A stretch of DNA of 63,888 nt, filler included, from an uncultured bacterium (GTDB lineage Bacteria; Auribacterota; CAZIXI01), in NCBI GenBank assembly GCA_964543115.1. It is 3 parts of 3 records of this genome, joined end to end, with 100 filler letters (N's around TTAATTAATTAA, not from the genome) between each part and the next. Parts side by side here need not be neighbours in the genome. Positions count along the whole stretch, not along the records: positions 1 to 26,830 come from CAZIXI010000013.1; positions 26,931 to 53,345 come from CAZIXI010000014.1; 1 more part is not named here. One strand, written 5' to 3'. Each line of letters opens with the position of its first letter. Positions within the stretch are counted from its first letter, which is position 1. Below the pieces are notes generated by a model. The model ran no database searches and had not been told where the DNA came from. It was given only the letters and a program-made list of their open reading frames with translations. Both the position numbers and the translations under genes were made by a program. Positions 17,271-27,115 of this stretch are shown piece by piece.

Positions 17271-20200
17271 ATGGCAACAAGTATAGGGCGGCTGTTTGCG
17301 ATTATAGGCGCCGATACGTCTGAATGGGATCGCAAGATGAAGGGACTCTCTCAGAGCGCCGGAAAACTCGGAAAGTCGCTGACGATGAAATTGACGCTTC
17401 CCATCCTGGCCATAGGCGGGGCGGCGGTTAAGATGGGGGCTGATTTTGAACAGGCTATGGTAAACGCCAAAGCCGTAAGCGGTGCGACCGCAGAAGAGTT
17501 TGTTATGATGGAGCAGGTCGCGCGCGACATGGGAAAAGCGACCGTCTTCTCGGCAAAAGAAGCGGCCGACGCTATGTATTACATGGCCAGCGCGGGATGG
17601 AAAGCCAATGATATGGCCAAAGCCATAAAGCCAACACTCGATCTTGCCGCAGCTACTCAGAGTGAACTTGCTTTTACGACAAATGCAGTCGTAGCTTCGC
17701 TAAACCAATTTCAACTCGGATCGGAAGGTGCAGAGCGTGTAACAAACGTTTTCGCCGCCGCTATCGGGAACTCCCAAGCCACACTCGAAAAACTCAAAAT
17801 ATCTATGACCTATATCGGCCCCCTGGCTAAGTCTTTGGGCTATTCCATCGAGGGTACGACTGCAACGTTGATGAGCCTTTATAACGCCGGCTATGAAGCC
17901 TCTACCGCAGGGACGGCATTGAGGATGTCGTTTGCGAAATTGATGGAGGGCTCACAGAAGACGCGCGAAGGGCTCAAGATGATAGGTCTTGCCCTTGAAG
18001 ACGTCAATCCGAAGTTTAACACACAGGAGCAAATAATCCGGAAACTTGAAAATGCGGGTATGGGAGCCGCAGAAGCGATCAAGATATTCGGCGTTCGGTC
18101 TGGTCCGGCTATGGTTGCGCTTGTCGGACAGGGATCAAATGCAATAGCAGAGTTTGAAGAGAAAATTACCGACACGACAGCAGCCAGCGATATGGCGGAA
18201 ATGCAGGTTGATACCTTAAAAGGATCATTCAAGCTCTTGAAGTCGATCGTAACAGAAGTAGCAATCCAGTTCTCAAAGATTCTCGGTCCTGCTCTGAAGG
18301 ATTTAATTGACAATAAAATACGTCCAGCCATAGAAAAATTCTCAGAAATGGCGAAGTGGAAAAAGGAGCTTATTGTAAAAGTTGCCGCCCTAGCCGCAGC
18401 GCTTGGTCCATTGCTCCTCGTTTTCAGCAAGTTGACAGGAGTTATTGCCGCTATGCCTGGATTGCTTGTCGCGCTTGCGAGCCCGGTTGGAATCGTCGTG
18501 GCAGCGCTCGCATTGTTGGCAATTACAATAGGGAAGGTCAAGCGTGGTATCGATGACATGACTGGCAAGACATGGCGCAAATCTATAAAAGCTATGAATG
18601 ACGCTGAAGCGCAACTTAAGTCCCATGAAGTAGGCTATAGAGAGTTTCTTGTCGCCGTAAAAGACATGGGGAAAGAGGCTGATTCATTCTGGGAAAAATT
18701 TCTACTTAACAAAAGCGACGCCGCTAAAACGATTCAACAGCTAAAAGATGGAGAGATCAAGGGCTCTAAAGAAGTCGTAGCTGTCTATATGCAAATGGCC
18801 AAAGAAGCCGAAAAAAGAGCAGAGGCAGAAAAAAAGGCCATGGAAGACATTTCTAGGTTTGCGATGATTGAAGCGAAGGACAAGAAGAGCCTTGAAGTAG
18901 CAACAATCGCTCTAGCACAAGCACAAGAGGCATTGATTGGGACAGAGGAGGACTGGGGTTTAGCGCTCGGAGCCGTACAAGACGCCTTGTCAAGTAAATA
19001 TAGGGTAACAAGCGAAGTGTCAGACCAGCTAAAAGCTCTTGAAGCGAGATTAAAAACCCTTATAGCCAGAGAAAAAGAGCGACGGGAGGGACTGTCAAAA
19101 GACGTTGCCCTCCAAGAAGAGTATGTTAAGTTTTATAACCTTGAAGTCGGACTCACGCTTGACCAACAGGCCGAACGTATCCAATGGCTGACAAAATACC
19201 AGGAATGGCTAAACGACCAACTCAGAGACGGGAAGATTGAGCTTGAAGCGTATGCAAAAGCGATGGACGGCGTCAATCGAGAAATGGCTACGCTGACAGA
19301 GAAGATTGTTGATACTACGATTCCAGCGGCAAAAGACTTTGGGGATATGATTGTGTGGACTGGGGATCAATTCGATACTTTGCCTGCTAAGGCTGAAATT
19401 GCAACGGGTGAAATGAGCACAAGTTGGAAAACCACTGCTACTGAAATGGGCGAAGATTGGGAAGCAGCTACGTCTGAAATGGTGACAGAATGGACTAATA
19501 CTATAGCTGATATTATCTTAAAAAATGAAGACTTAGCAACGGCATTTAATGAACTCGGAAAGGCCGGCCTTGAAATCTTTGTAGATATGTTCGCAAAAAT
19601 AGTAGCTGACTTCACAGTAGAGTTGATAAAACCACTTATGAAAGTCTTTGGAGAATTATTCAAATCAATGGCCATAAACATAGCGGCATTAGCAAAGTAC
19701 ATCGTATCGAATCCAGCAGGAATGAAAATGGCCTTTGCTGCAGTCGCCGCATATGTCAGCGTAAATCTTGTCAAAACAATATTAAGTGGTCTTGGGATAA
19801 TCAGGACTGGTTATGATGAGGCCGGAAAAGCGATTCTTGAAAACTTGGAAGAAATACGGGCTGCTGGAGGGTTTATCTTAGAGCAAATAGAAAAATCACA
19901 ATTATCTAAGCTTTGGCCAAAAGATGAAGATACAAAAACATCGGCTCAAATATATAAGGATGCGATTGAGTCTATAATTACACAATTTAAACACCTAGAT
20001 GAGGGTGGCATATACTCTAAAGATAGATTGATAGAAAATTTTGAAGCTATGGTAGGAGCCGCTGAAGAACTTGGGATCACTGGGAGCGCAGAAATGGCAA
20101 TGATTGTTCTCAAGATGAAAGAGCTTGGAGTAGAATCAGAGTCTCTGTCAAATTTTATCATTAAACAATTCGAACGGATACCAGAGCCATTAACAACCTT

Positions 20201-21362
20201 AATTGATGTCATCCCGAGTGTTGGTGATTCTGTTGAGGATTTACGAGAGCGGCTTGCGGCACAAAATGAAGAATTAGAAGGAATGGAAGTTGGCACGAAA
20301 GAATATGCGAAGCTGAGAAAGGAGATTACTGAAACTGAAGGACTTATTGCTAGGCAGATAGAAAACATCGCCTTATATTCTGATGACCTTGAGGGATTAG
20401 GGATTATTGCCGTAGATACTTTCCAAGGAATGAGAAACGAAGGAGTGCCTTGGACTGAAGCCGTAGAGGCTATGAAAGATCCCTTAATAGCACTGAGAGA
20501 CAAATATGAAGAGTTAGGCTTAGAGTCAGACGGGACTCTTGAGAAATTATTTGAAATCGTAGAGGCCACAGAAAAACATGGAGAGCTTTTCGAGGCGATA
20601 GACGCAAATAAAGAAATAATCGAAGCACTCGGTATGGCAGGTGCTTTGACCCAAGAATCGCTGGAAGTTTTAGGCAGAAATGCAGTCAAAAGTTTCGAAG
20701 ACCTAACCGCAGCAGGAGTAGACAGCGATATTGCTTTACAGGCGCTTGCCCCTAGTTTACAAGATTTGGTTAATTATGCCGATGCTTACGGACTTGAGTT
20801 AGACGATGCTACGCAAGCGCTCGTTGACCAGGCAAGAGAGGCCGGACACGTAGTTGATGCACAAGAGGACATAGGGAAAGTAACAGAAGACATCAGAGAC
20901 GCCGTTGTTGAGATGAAGGATGCGATTCTTGAGTTTTTAGACGCCTTAAAAGAGCCGATGGCAGCAACAGTTGATTTTAAATATGAAATACCGGACTTCG
21001 AGGCGGAAATAGGAGACCTTAAAATCCCAGTAGATTTTGAGCCAAGAGACGGAACTGACACAACTTTCGTCTCACCTACTATCCCAGAGCTTCAGGAAGG
21101 GGGGATAGTAATGAGAGAGACGCTGGCCAGGATAGGTGAAGTTCCCGAAGCCGTAATCCCTCTGCATAAGTTAGGTCAGGAAGGACTTGGGGGTCTCGGT
21201 GGCGGGACAAAAATAGAGATGAATAATACAATCTATGCTATGGACAGTGAAGATGTTTATCATTTTATGGAGCAAAAAGCCGCTCCCGCATTGGTCAAGC
21301 TCATAGAGGGGAATGTAAGCGGGATAACCAAAGCGATTAAGGAAGAGACGGAGGCATATTGA
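17271..21362 (+). CDS. Tape measure protein (TP901-type)
   Basis: 1363 aa. DFEQAMVNAKAVSGAT, TVFSAKEAADAMYYMASAG, helical periodicity. Confidence 0.92.
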   Translation: MATSIGRLFAIIGADTSEWDRKMKGLSQSAGKLGKSLTMKLTLPILAIGGAAVKMGADFEQAMVNAKAVSGATAEEFVMMEQVARDMGKATVFSAKEAADAMYYMASAGWKANDMAKAIKPTLDLAAATQSELAFTTNAVVASLNQFQLGSEGAERVTNVFAAAIGNSQATLEKLKISMTYIGPLAKSLGYSIEGTTATLMSLYNAGYEASTAGTALRMSFAKLMEGSQKTREGLKMIGLALEDVNPKFNTQEQIIRKLENAGMGAAEAIKIFGVRSGPAMVALVGQGSNAIAEFEEKITDTTAASDMAEMQVDTLKGSFKLLKSIVTEVAIQFSKILGPALKDLIDNKIRPAIEKFSEMAKWKKELIVKVAALAAALGPLLLVFSKLTGVIAAMPGLLVALASPVGIVVAALALLAITIGKVKRGIDDMTGKTWRKSIKAMNDAEAQLKSHEVGYREFLVAVKDMGKEADSFWEKFLLNKSDAAKTIQQLKDGEIKGSKEVVAVYMQMAKEAEKRAEAEKKAMEDISRFAMIEAKDKKSLEVATIALAQAQEALIGTEEDWGLALGAVQDALSSKYRVTSEVSDQLKALEARLKTLIAREKERREGLSKDVALQEEYVKFYNLEVGLTLDQQAERIQWLTKYQEWLNDQLRDGKIELEAYAKAMDGVNREMATLTEKIVDTTIPAAKDFGDMIVWTGDQFDTLPAKAEIATGEMSTSWKTTATEMGEDWEAATSEMVTEWTNTIADIILKNEDLATAFNELGKAGLEIFVDMFAKIVADFTVELIKPLMKVFGELFKSMAINIAALAKYIVSNPAGMKMAFAAVAAYVSVNLVKTILSGLGIIRTGYDEAGKAILENLEEIRAAGGFILEQIEKSQLSKLWPKDEDTKTSAQIYKDAIESIITQFKHLDEGGIYSKDRLIENFEAMVGAAEELGITGSAEMAMIVLKMKELGVESESLSNFIIKQFERIPEPLTTLIDVIPSVGDSVEDLRERLAAQNEELEGMEVGTKEYAKLRKEITETEGLIARQIENIALYSDDLEGLGIIAVDTFQGMRNEGVPWTEAVEAMKDPLIALRDKYEELGLESDGTLEKLFEIVEATEKHGELFEAIDANKEIIEALGMAGALTQESLEVLGRNAVKSFEDLTAAGVDSDIALQALAPSLQDLVNYADAYGLELDDATQALVDQAREAGHVVDAQEDIGKVTEDIRDAVVEMKDAILEFLDALKEPMAATVDFKYEIPDFEAEIGDLKIPVDFEPRDGTDTTFVSPTIPELQEGGIVMRETLARIGEVPEAVIPLHKLGQEGLGGLGGGTKIEMNNTIYAMDSEDVYHFMEQKAAPALVKLIEGNVSGITKAIKEETEAY

Positions 21363-21365
21363 TCA

Positions 21366-22205
21366 ATGGCAAACGAAACCTATTATTTATTTAACGATTA
21401 TTTTAAGGACACAACAACAGCCGACATCTCGGTTGTAAACGATGTTGGAGCAGATAAGGAAGATGCGGCTTACCCGAAGGAAAACGCAAAGGATGAACAA
21501 ATCGGCTTATGTTCACGTTCTGATGATAAGACTAATATCAAGATTAGGTTTGACATTAATTCAGCCTCGGGGGGGGTAAAAGCACTCAAGGCGTTTTTTA
21601 TAGGGAACCATAATTTCAGTGGGGGCTCTGCAAAAATCTATAGCTATACTGCAAACGACTACGCGACAGGTCAGGTACTTGAGGCTACGGTTGCAGTGAG
21701 ACTCCTGGATATGTTTGTCAGGATCGCCGCGCCAGGCACTAAAAGGTACTGGGAAATTGACCTGTCTCACAACGGGTCTGTAACTTCAGCCGCCGCTTAT
21801 TTCGAGTGGGGACGGATTATGTGTTATACGGATTTTACGATCTTGACAGAAATTGAAGACGAGAAAAAAGGGAGGACGTTTGGTTTTCGTAATATCATAA
21901 ATGAGACCTCGTTTGGGGTGCGATGGTCTCATAAGATGAACCAATACCAGGAAGGCTTTGATTTGACCTGGAGCATAAGAACACAAGCAAACTTGCCCTC
22001 AGAGCTAAGAACATTGTTTTCTCTCATTGATGGCAGGGCGCATCCGTTTGTTTATGTCCCAGATATAACAGCAGTAAACGTATATTACGTCTACAGCAAG
22101 GCGGATATTTTACGATGGACTGAAATCGGCGGCGTGGCCGCAACGGATATAGTAGCAAGCGTTAATCTAGGGATGATTGAGGCCGTGAGGGGTAAATCGG
22201 TATGA
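21366..22205 (+). CDS. Distal tail / baseplate-region protein
   Basis: Directly after the TMP. IGNHNF, RYWEI, HPFVYVP. Confidence 0.55.
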   Translation: MANETYYLFNDYFKDTTTADISVVNDVGADKEDAAYPKENAKDEQIGLCSRSDDKTNIKIRFDINSASGGVKALKAFFIGNHNFSGGSAKIYSYTANDYATGQVLEATVAVRLLDMFVRIAAPGTKRYWEIDLSHNGSVTSAAAYFEWGRIMCYTDFTILTEIEDEKKGRTFGFRNIINETSFGVRWSHKMNQYQEGFDLTWSIRTQANLPSELRTLFSLIDGRAHPFVYVPDITAVNVYYVYSKADILRWTEIGGVAATDIVASVNLGMIEAVRGKSV

Positions 22206-23878
22206 CCTGGCAATCAGAGGCCGATAAGCATGTCAATACTCCTGTACTGTTTGTCACTATCGCATGGAATAGTGGAACGCTTTACTACAGCAATCAATAT
22301 GTCAGGGAAACTGGAAGGCTCTGGAAAGGTAATATTATAAAATTCCCTGAATTACGAGGCTCGATAGGGGACATTAAGCGATCTTATGAAAAAAGCCGTA
22401 TATCATTGATTATAAATGACACGGATTATGCGATTCACACGCTTGAGGAAGATGAGGCGGTCGGGCCAAAAACAATCAACGTAACAATCGAGCTCGGTTT
22501 TGAAGAGGATGATTTTGCAAATAAGGAGACGCTTTACACGGGGAGGATATTCGATTTTAGCCGTCTTCACGACCTGCTTTTCCAGATAGACATAGCAGAG
22601 AAAAGCCGGACGATTAATAATAAATATCCTGACCTAAAAATCGATCTTGGAAACTGCCCAAACGCTCACGTATCGGCACTCAATATCACAATCGCAGTGC
22701 CGTATGGAACCATATCAGCATTGGCCTTAGATGGGAAGGGCGCGTTTGGTTATCCGGCGTTAAAGAACCAGACAGGACTCCCTTTTATTGATATTACGGT
22801 TGACGGCGAACAGCATATGGTCGGTAAACAGACGGCAGCTATTACAGTTGACAGGGTGTACAAAAATGGGGTTCTCCAGACCGCAGGCGGGGGAAACGAT
22901 TATCAAATATCAACACGAGTTATAGGGACTTTTACATTTACAGAAATCCACTGGGAGGCTGGCAATAATCCCACAGAGGATGATTATATCACTTGCGATA
23001 TTACTTTCGGTTCCAGGCGGCCAGTTGAAGGATTCAGGCATTTTATGGAGAATAACGCCTATTATGTTGGAGGCGATTTTAACGCCGCACTCTATGCCGC
23101 GGCAATAACGGTTGAAGCAAACAGGCTCTATGACTATGCCGGAGCTTTTTTCGAGCAGAAAACGCTAAAACAATTAATGGACGAGTTTCGGGACGACTGG
23201 GAGGTTGATATATTTTGGAATAAGTCCGGCGAGGTGTGCTTTAAATATCTTTCCGCTTCGGCTATAGGTACTCCTAACGAGTACACTGATGAGCTTGATA
23301 TTTTAGATAGGTTTAACTCTGATCCCCAGGCGAATATGATAATGAACTACCTGGATTATGAGTGGAATTTTAACGGCGGTCGAGACAATTATTATTCAAC
23401 AGCCGCTAGGCAGGACACGGACAGCCAGACTCAGCACGGAGGGACATATACCGACTATAAAGGGTTTCGATTCACTAGAGATACTACCGTTGCGGGCGAT
23501 ATTGCGTACCGGAAATTACTGAGGTTAAGAAACCCTATAGACTTCACTTTGGTCTCTATGCCGCTGAAAACTTTCTCAGATGAATTGAGCGACGTGATAC
23601 GGATAACCCATTTTGCCGGCAAAGGAACGGCAGGATACGTACGGCGGCTTATGCAGATACGCCGCTATCAGATAAATCCAGAGAAAATGACAAATGATAT
23701 GCTGCTTTGGGATGCTGAACATTTTGTTGGCGGTGCTTGTATAATGGGGAATATGCTTATTATGCCTGCGAGTTGGCTTTTGGCCTCTTTGCCCTGGCAG
23801 AGAGATTATTGTTATATGTGCGATAAGGATACTGGCGAGTTTTCCAACGGAGAGCCAGGGAAGAGGATGCTAGATTAA
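22202..23878 (+). CDS. Tail tip / baseplate hub-like protein
   Basis: Position, ATGA coupling, LYTGRIFD motif. Confidence 0.55.
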   Translation: MTWQSEADKHVNTPVLFVTIAWNSGTLYYSNQYVRETGRLWKGNIIKFPELRGSIGDIKRSYEKSRISLIINDTDYAIHTLEEDEAVGPKTINVTIELGFEEDDFANKETLYTGRIFDFSRLHDLLFQIDIAEKSRTINNKYPDLKIDLGNCPNAHVSALNITIAVPYGTISALALDGKGAFGYPALKNQTGLPFIDITVDGEQHMVGKQTAAITVDRVYKNGVLQTAGGGNDYQISTRVIGTFTFTEIHWEAGNNPTEDDYITCDITFGSRRPVEGFRHFMENNAYYVGGDFNAALYAAAITVEANRLYDYAGAFFEQKTLKQLMDEFRDDWEVDIFWNKSGEVCFKYLSASAIGTPNEYTDELDILDRFNSDPQANMIMNYLDYEWNFNGGRDNYYSTAARQDTDSQTQHGGTYTDYKGFRFTRDTTVAGDIAYRKLLRLRNPIDFTLVSMPLKTFSDELSDVIRITHFAGKGTAGYVRRLMQIRRYQINPEKMTNDMLLWDAEHFVGGACIMGNMLIMPASWLLASLPWQRDYCYMCDKDTGEFSNGEPGKRMLD

Positions 23879-23891
23879 TTATGGAGGGAAA

Positions 23892-24302
23892 ATGTTAACA
23901 GCTTTAATGATGTGGGCGGTGGATACTTTTGGAGCGGGGGTCATTTTCGATCATGGAATACTTGACTGGCACGTTGAAAGAGACACTGACCCAAAAAAAC
24001 AAGTCCTTATATGCAAACTCGAGTTCAAGCGTCTCGTTGACATGATGGACGAAAAGTCGAAAAAAGCGAGGGAGGAATGGACGAAAGAAGAGACCGTAGC
24101 GAAATGGAGGCAACAGCTAGAGGCGATTGCAGGCGATCATAAATCTATGAGAATAATTTCAACAGCCGCAAAAGAGATACGGAGCAGCGGGGCTGAGATA
24201 AAAAATAAATCTGGGGGGCTGGACTATCGGCACGCCGGAGCGGTGGCATTTAATTACAAGTTTAGCCTTGCCATAGAAAAACGGCAGGAGAGGCCAAAAT
24301 GA
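23892..24302 (+). CDS. Hypothetical protein
   Basis: GGAGG SD, coupled to the next gene. Confidence 0.55.
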   Translation: MLTALMMWAVDTFGAGVIFDHGILDWHVERDTDPKKQVLICKLEFKRLVDMMDEKSKKAREEWTKEETVAKWRQQLEAIAGDHKSMRIISTAAKEIRSSGAEIKNKSGGLDYRHAGAVAFNYKFSLAIEKRQERPK

Positions 24303-24922
24303 AAAGAGACGAAATACTACCGCTAGAGTCGTTTAAGACGTTTGAGGAGAAAATGGGTTTTAAGATGCCGAGGGAGTTCTTCGGGGCTACGGATTTCTCG
24401 CTTTACACGGGCGACGACGCCGTGCTAGACGACCCGTTCAGCTACCAGGTTTATAATTTTATCCTCAAAAACCACGCCTACTCAGCCGCAGCACTGGCAG
24501 ATAAACAGGACGGGATGCTGGGGATGCTTAACACGAATGGAGTTGTCTACGGCCAGCATGGAAGCCTTGACTGTCCTATCCCAAATATAAAAATATATAA
24601 CTGGACCGCTGACCAGACGCTAACAACAGCACACCTAAACGCACATCATACGATGAATCATGCGGATGCAAAAACGATTACCTTTCCTTCGATTACAGCC
24701 GCTCACATAGGATATTGGTTTTCGTTCTCCAGACTCGGGGCAGGAAAACTGACGCTTCAACTTGTAGACAGCGATGTGATTTTATGCGTCCTTCAGTCAT
24801 CTTCGGCGGGGGGAACTTTCTATAATCAGGTAGATCAATATGCTACGATTTACATGGAAATTATCACGGCTACTCAGTATCTTGTAAGATACATGAATAG
24901 TACGATGTGGATAGCCACATAG
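24299..24922 (+). CDS. Putative tail-associated protein
   Basis: WTADQTLT...TITFPS...GAGKLTL segment of the kind seen in fibre-proximal proteins. Confidence 0.5.
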   Translation: MKRDEILPLESFKTFEEKMGFKMPREFFGATDFSLYTGDDAVLDDPFSYQVYNFILKNHAYSAAALADKQDGMLGMLNTNGVVYGQHGSLDCPIPNIKIYNWTADQTLTTAHLNAHHTMNHADAKTITFPSITAAHIGYWFSFSRLGAGKLTLQLVDSDVILCVLQSSSAGGTFYNQVDQYATIYMEIITATQYLVRYMNSTMWIAT

Positions 24923-24932
24923 GAGAAATAAG

Positions 24933-26830
24933 ATGAAAAAGAAAATTGGACTTGGCTTATTTTTAGTCTTTTTGTTGGCGTTTTCGTTTGTGGCTTTGAC
25001 AGGCCAGCCAACTTTCCTGGTCAGGCTTTTAGATACGAACTACACGCATTATTTAATCCTAAAATGGAACGAGGACAGGGCGGCAAACCAGACGTTAAAT
25101 TTCATAACGGGTGCAGGCGATAGGACGGTTACTTTGTCTGGTAATTTGACAGTTGAATCCGCATCTCTCATAAACCAGGACTTGACAACGGACTCAGCGA
25201 CAGCGACTTTAGCCGGACTTGCCTTAACTGGAAATCTTACTCTAGCAGCCAACTCAATAACTGGAACATCTGTTGATATAAATAATGCAGAGATGCAACA
25301 ACTTTCTAATATCGGAGCCAATACTATATCGGCTGCGGATTGGGCGACTTTAGCGGGGATCTCTCCTGAAATAGATGCTTTAACAGATGCCGAAGTTCAG
25401 CAACTTCAAAACATCGGAGCCACTACAATAAGTGCCGCTCAGTGGGGATATTTAGGGGCAACAGGTGCAGGGGGTGGCCAACTTCTTGCTGCTTTAACAA
25501 CCGGAGAAAGTACCCAAATTGAAGCAATCGGGGCAACAACCATTTCAGCCGCTCAATGGGGTTATCTTGGGGCAACAGGTGCAGGTGGTGGTCAGATAAT
25601 GGCAGCCCTGACAACAGGTGAATCCACACAGCTTGAAACGATTGGTGCAGTTACAATAACAAATGCTCAATGGGCTTATTTGGGTGGGGCAGATCAGGGG
25701 TTTGATACAAGTCTTTCTCCAACTTATGCTAATTTATCATTGGGAACAGGAGAATTGACAACAGGTTCAATCAATCGGGCAAGCGGAACATTATTAATTG
25801 AAATTGGGGGAACGCCTGAAATTTCAATTACATCTTCTGGCTCAACGTTCGGGGGTATAGTAACCGCAAATTCTGTTATAGCACAGTCAAGCGGTGGCAC
25901 AGGTTCAGATTCTACATTTATTTTAAATGACGATGATGATACGCCAGAATGGACATTTAGTATAGATGAAAGTGACGGAAATAAATTATATCTTACAGAT
26001 TCAGCAAATTCTACAGTAGCAGTCGTTGTTACTCAAAACGCTGCTGCGACACTGTGGAATTTCCAAGCAAGCCCATTGGTTACAAACGGCAACGTCGGCA
26101 TCGGCACCGCAACCATCCCTCATGGTGGAGTGGGAATGGCGAAGCTTGCTATTGAGGGGACAAGTGCTAGTATATTAGGGCCACATATCCAGACGACTAC
26201 AGTGTTAGACGATTTCCCTTTAATCCAAATCGGGTCTTGGACACACGATAATATGTGGATATATTTTGATGCTCATGCAGATGTTGACAGCACAGAAAGT
26301 TCAGACGCAGGCTCAAACTTTGGAATAAGAAAACAAAGTGATCAACTGAAATTCCTTGTCGACTCAGGCATAGCCCAAGGAGCGAACATCACCTGGGACA
26401 CGGCGGGGTATATTAATACGAGTAGTGAATTAATATGGAACGGCGGCGTCGGCATCAACACCGCAACCATTCCTCATGGTGGCGTGGGAATTGCAAAGTT
26501 GGCTATAGATGGAACAAACACAAGTTCGGCAGGCCCTCATGTTCAGTTTACAACAGCCGCAGATGATTACCCATTATTACAAATTTGGCCCTGGCAACAT
26601 GATTCAGTAAGTATTTTATTTGATGCCTATCATACAGGAGCCGCTTGGCTTAGTTCAGATGCGGGTTCTAATTTTATAATTTCAAAAGGAAGTCTTGGAA
26701 CAGCAGATACTTTAATATTTGGGTATGATTCAGGAGTAGCCCAAGGAGGAGCCGTAACCTGGAACGATGGCATAGCCCTGAATACGAGTGGCTATGTTGG
26801 ATTAGGGGGGACTGCTTCTGCAACGGCGGC
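24933..26830 (+). CDS. Tail fibre / adhesin-like protein, 3'-truncated, with signal-peptide-like N-terminus
   Basis: GNVGIGT-type fibre motifs, internal repeats, runs into the linker. Confidence 0.7.
25270..25690 (+). repeat. Four coding repeats (core IGATTISAAQWGYLG; two near-identical 114-nt units)
   Basis: Visible in both protein and DNA. Boundaries approximate. Confidence 0.8.
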
Positions 26831-26930
26831 NNNNNNNNNNNNNNNNNNNNNNNNNNNNNNNNNNNNNNNNNNNNTTAATTAATTAANNNNNNNNNNNNNN
26901 NNNNNNNNNNNNNNNNNNNNNNNNNNNNNN
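26831..26930. other. Artificial contig linker (N44-TTAATTAATTAA-N44)
   Basis: Exactly 100 nt with stops in all six frames, identical to the linker at 53346. Confidence 0.97.
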
Positions 26931-27115
26931 CTGACAATGACCGTTAGGGGGTGCAGTTATGAATAGCGAAAACAGAATGGAATTATATGAGGGAGCTAAT
27001 CTAGGCGGCAATATCGATGGTAAGGCATCTTAGCTGGAATTGCCGGAGAACATCGGAAATGCGGGTCAGGCCAACTACTGACCACTCTCTAACTATGCGC
27101 AATAAAACAGTCAGC

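Noticed and set aside
17891..20689. Long antisense ORFs in the tape measure gene (229, 135, 247 aa) as a second overlapping-gene case
   Set aside because: Translations are Ser/Ile/Ala-rich shadows with no motifs. This is expected opposite a helical gene with few TTA/CTA/TCA codons, unlike the nuclease at 3787-4590.
1250..24922. Genome-wide reassignment of TAA to an amino acid
   Set aside because: TAA ends many genes that are followed by an SD and a new start (6420, 9108, 11124, 11491, 16017, 16481, 23878). Only two internal cases were found.
25270..26830. Diversity-generating retroelement TR/VR pair in the fibre
   Set aside because: No reverse transcriptase in the window, differences between repeats are not confined to adenines, and all copies are in-frame coding repeats.
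26831..26930. Prophage integrated next to the radical SAM gene; TTAATTAATTAA as an att site or biological motif
   Set aside because: It is a fixed 100-nt concatenation linker, repeated at 53346. Adjacency across it carries no information, and the phage's host is not established.
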